64,000 nt of DNA. Source: Lama glama (lineage: Eukaryota). Of the stretch, positions 1 through 64,000 are shown piece after piece. Below the pieces are notes generated by a model. The model did no database searches. It saw only the letters and a program-made list of their open reading frames with translations, and was not told the DNA's origin. The position numbers and the translations under genes are program-made. The stretch covers positions 2,234,001 to 2,298,000 of the forward strand of contig CM052818.1 in NCBI GenBank assembly GCA_028534125.1, written 5' to 3'. Numbering within the stretch: position 1 is the first letter of the stretch; every line of letters starts with the position of its first letter.

Positions 1-11
1 CCTGGGTTCAC

Positions 12-400
12 TGTTTTTTTTCACCAAGGTGAAATTCACAGAGCAAAATGCACCATTTTAACCATTTTAAAGTGTACAACTCAGTGGCTTTTAGTATATT
101 CACAGAGTTGTGCAAAACCACCAGCACTAATTCCAGAATATTTTCACCACCCCGCAAAGAAACCCTATTCCCATTAGCAGTCACTCCCCAACCCCGCTCC
201 TCCCAATGCCTGGCGACCGTGTTCTGTCTCCGTGGATTTCCTATTTCAGACGTTTCATGTAAACGGAATTGTACAATATTTATCCTTTTGTGTCTGGTTT
301 CTTTCACTTAGCATGTTTTCAAGGCTCACCCATGTAGCATGAGTCAGTACTTCACTTCTTTCTGTGGCTGAATAACATCCCACTGCATGGACAGCCCACC
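12..400 (-). mobile_element. Old LINE-1 3' end fragment (L1MB/MC-like)
   Basis: Typical antisense L1 3'UTR text: ttttaaagtgtacaactcagtggcttttagtatattcacagagttgtgc...gtttcaaggctcacccatgtagcat. Confidence 0.8.
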
Positions 401-982
401 TTCTCCCAGTTAACTTTTACAGTTGTGATGGGCTCACGGCCCCACGTCTTACCCCTGTGAGAGCTTGTCTCCAGCTCCTCCTCCTCCAACCCAGTACTCC
501 CTGCCCCCTAGTCAGGGTTTCAGCACACTTCTGCCCAACCAGAGTCCTGTCTAGGGCTCTGGGGATGGACTGGGTGTGTTCATTTATCAGTCAGTAACTG
601 GGGTGAAAGGGCACAGATTTAAGCCCCTCACTCACTAGACTCGTCTAGACTTGGGGAGGGGGTGTCCTGTCAAGTGTGAGGCCAGACAGCCAGGGACGGC
701 CAGCTCATGCTTGCACTGCCTTCCTCCTCTCCTCTCTTCCTCACCTGAGTCCCACCATCCAACCTGGTGCAGCGCTCAATGCCACCTCTGGAGACAGGCC
801 ACCCTGCTGTCCACTCTGATCGCCCTGGCACTATTCTATGTCATGGACCTCACTCAGTGCCAAGGACCAGTGACCCCGCACTCCCTGATCTTCCCACCAG
901 CCTTCCCAAAAGGCCCAAGAGGGGCACACGCACACAGCAGGAGTTCTGGTGCAGGCTGGTGCTGACCGGAAATGGTGCTCAC

Positions 983-62252
<61,270 letters not shown>

Positions 62253-62805
62253 TCATTCATTCATTCATCCAACAAGCACGAACTGAGTGCCTTCTGCATG
62301 CCAGGCTACCGGCTAGGTGCTCGGGGCCAAGCAAAAGTGTAATCTACACAAACATAAAATCACAAGTTTGATCAGTTCCTTGAAGAAGAGACATAAGGTG
62401 CAGTGGCGCGTGAGAGAGACCCAGCTTTCTTGCTGAAGGGACAGCAGAGAGAGACGTTGGTGTCATCAGACGGGCACGCCTGGGTCTGCATTTCAGCAAG
62501 CTCACCCCAGCTGCCACGTGGAGAACATGTGGACATAAATGGGTGCAAGGAGACCAGTTATGAAGCTTCTGTAAGGGTTCAGGCAGAGACAGTGGGGGCT
62601 TAGATGCCAAGAGGTGCTAGAGAGAAGCCAGTGGATACAGGGCTGTTTAGTGGTGAGTGGTGTGAGGGGAACCCTAAGATCTCTGCAGCTCCCTGCCGCC
62701 CCAAAACTCCTTTCCAGCCTGCCAGCCCCAGTCATGCTGGCTGGAGACCCACCCACTGGTCATTTCCCCTGCCTGGTCCCAAGGCGTCACTAGAGAAGAT
62801 TCTAA

Positions 62806-62970
62806 AGCAGTGGTTCCCAAATGTGAGCACACAGCAGAATTGCCTGGAAGGCTGAGAGAGACAGCTGGGCGCCGACCTCAGAGACTCATTCATCGACTCT
62901 GGGGGAGGGGGTGGGAGGAAGTTCCCAGGTGCCGCCAATGCTGCCTTTTGAGGCTACACTTGGAAACCAG
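62806..62970. mobile_element. MER5A-like remnant
   Basis: gcagtggttcccaaa...cagaattgcctggaagg...aagttcccaggtg...cacttggaaacca. Confidence 0.65.
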
Positions 62971-64000
62971 CGCAAGAGAAGGTCCTAAGAGACGGAGTGC
63001 GTGCAATCTGGGACAGAGCGAAGGGCTTGGAGGAGGGGGCCCCTCCGCTGCTCTCCTTAGGGGGCAGAGTCCAGTCTGCCGCCATTTTGTAAGACTCCAA
63101 GTGCCAGATGCTGACTGAGGGCATGCAGACAGGGAAACCTGGGGATTTAAGAGGCTGGCAGCTGGATACTAGAAGTCTGGGAGGGCTGAGCCCAAATGCC
63201 CTATGATGTGCCCTATACCTTTGGCATCTTTTCCAACCCACAGCACCTTGCATCCTCTGTGCCCTGCCAGGGAAGCCACCATGTGACCTCAGGAGGGCCT
63301 CAGCCCCAGAGCTCTAGAGCTAGGATGTCCAACTGCAGTCCTGGGGAGTGGGGAGACAGCGCTCCCACAAAGAGTGGGGGAGCAGGCCAGGCTCTCTGGC
63401 CAGAAGGAGACCAAGCGGCATGCCATGGCCACTGCACAGGAGGTGACAGAGAGTAACCGTCGAAGAGGTGGACAAGTTGGGGTGGGCAATGGGAGGCCTC
63501 CCGTTGAGGGATGGGGTCAGGGGGAGGGTCCAAGCTTCTGGCTGTTGCCCTAGGAGCTAGTTTTAAGGGTGAGAGGGGATCTAAGTTAGGAGACAGAACT
63601 ATGGGCACTCACTGGCTGAACAAATGCTGGGTTTGGCTAACGGGAAGCAGGTGCCAGGCCAGGACCAGCTTGTCCGCCTTCAGGCACAAAAGCACAGTGG
63701 GGTCAGTCCCGGAGGGTTTCCGGCAGGAAATGGATTTTGAACCTGATCCCAGAGGTGGAAGAGGTCAACGGGAGGCCGGCGGCAGAAGAAGGGGCAAGAG
63801 AGACATGCCCACCACATCCTGCCACCCCACCTGGTGAGGGCCTCCCTGGCATGGGGAGCCCGCTTGCCATGCACCAGGCTGGCCCAAGCCTTTCCCCTCC
63901 TGCCCCTGGCATGGCCCAGCGGCGTCTGTGCACTTAATGGAACCGTCTGGCTGTGATACCATCAGTTCCAAGCTCGGCAGAGAACCTCTCCCGGTTCCAG

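Overview
Mammalian genomic DNA, most likely camelid (judged from tRNA-derived SINEs starting GGGGAGGGTATAGCTCAAGTGGTAGAGC and cetartiodactyl L1 3' ends). The whole window lies inside the dysferlin gene (DYSF) on the minus strand. I located 19 coding exons equivalent to human exons 33-51 (2247 nt, one open frame, all GT-AG) plus the alternative 63-nt exon 40a; exon numbers follow the human gene as I recall it. Introns are filled with L1, L2, MIR, MER and SINE copies, and most ORF-track entries are spurious. The main unexpected signal is in the large intron between exons 40a and 41. On the + strand (antisense to DYSF), ~29409-31170 reads, across many stops and frameshifts, as a decayed, apparently intronless BPI-fold (BPI/LBP/PLUNC, BPIFB6/BPIFB2-like) gene. 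It has a signal-peptide remnant and both BPI domains, possibly followed by a third BPI-like domain and a hydrophobic GPI-like tail. Its 5' end is duplicated into a nearby L2. Protein comparisons were made by eye against remembered sequences and need computational confirmation. Repeat boundaries are approximate.
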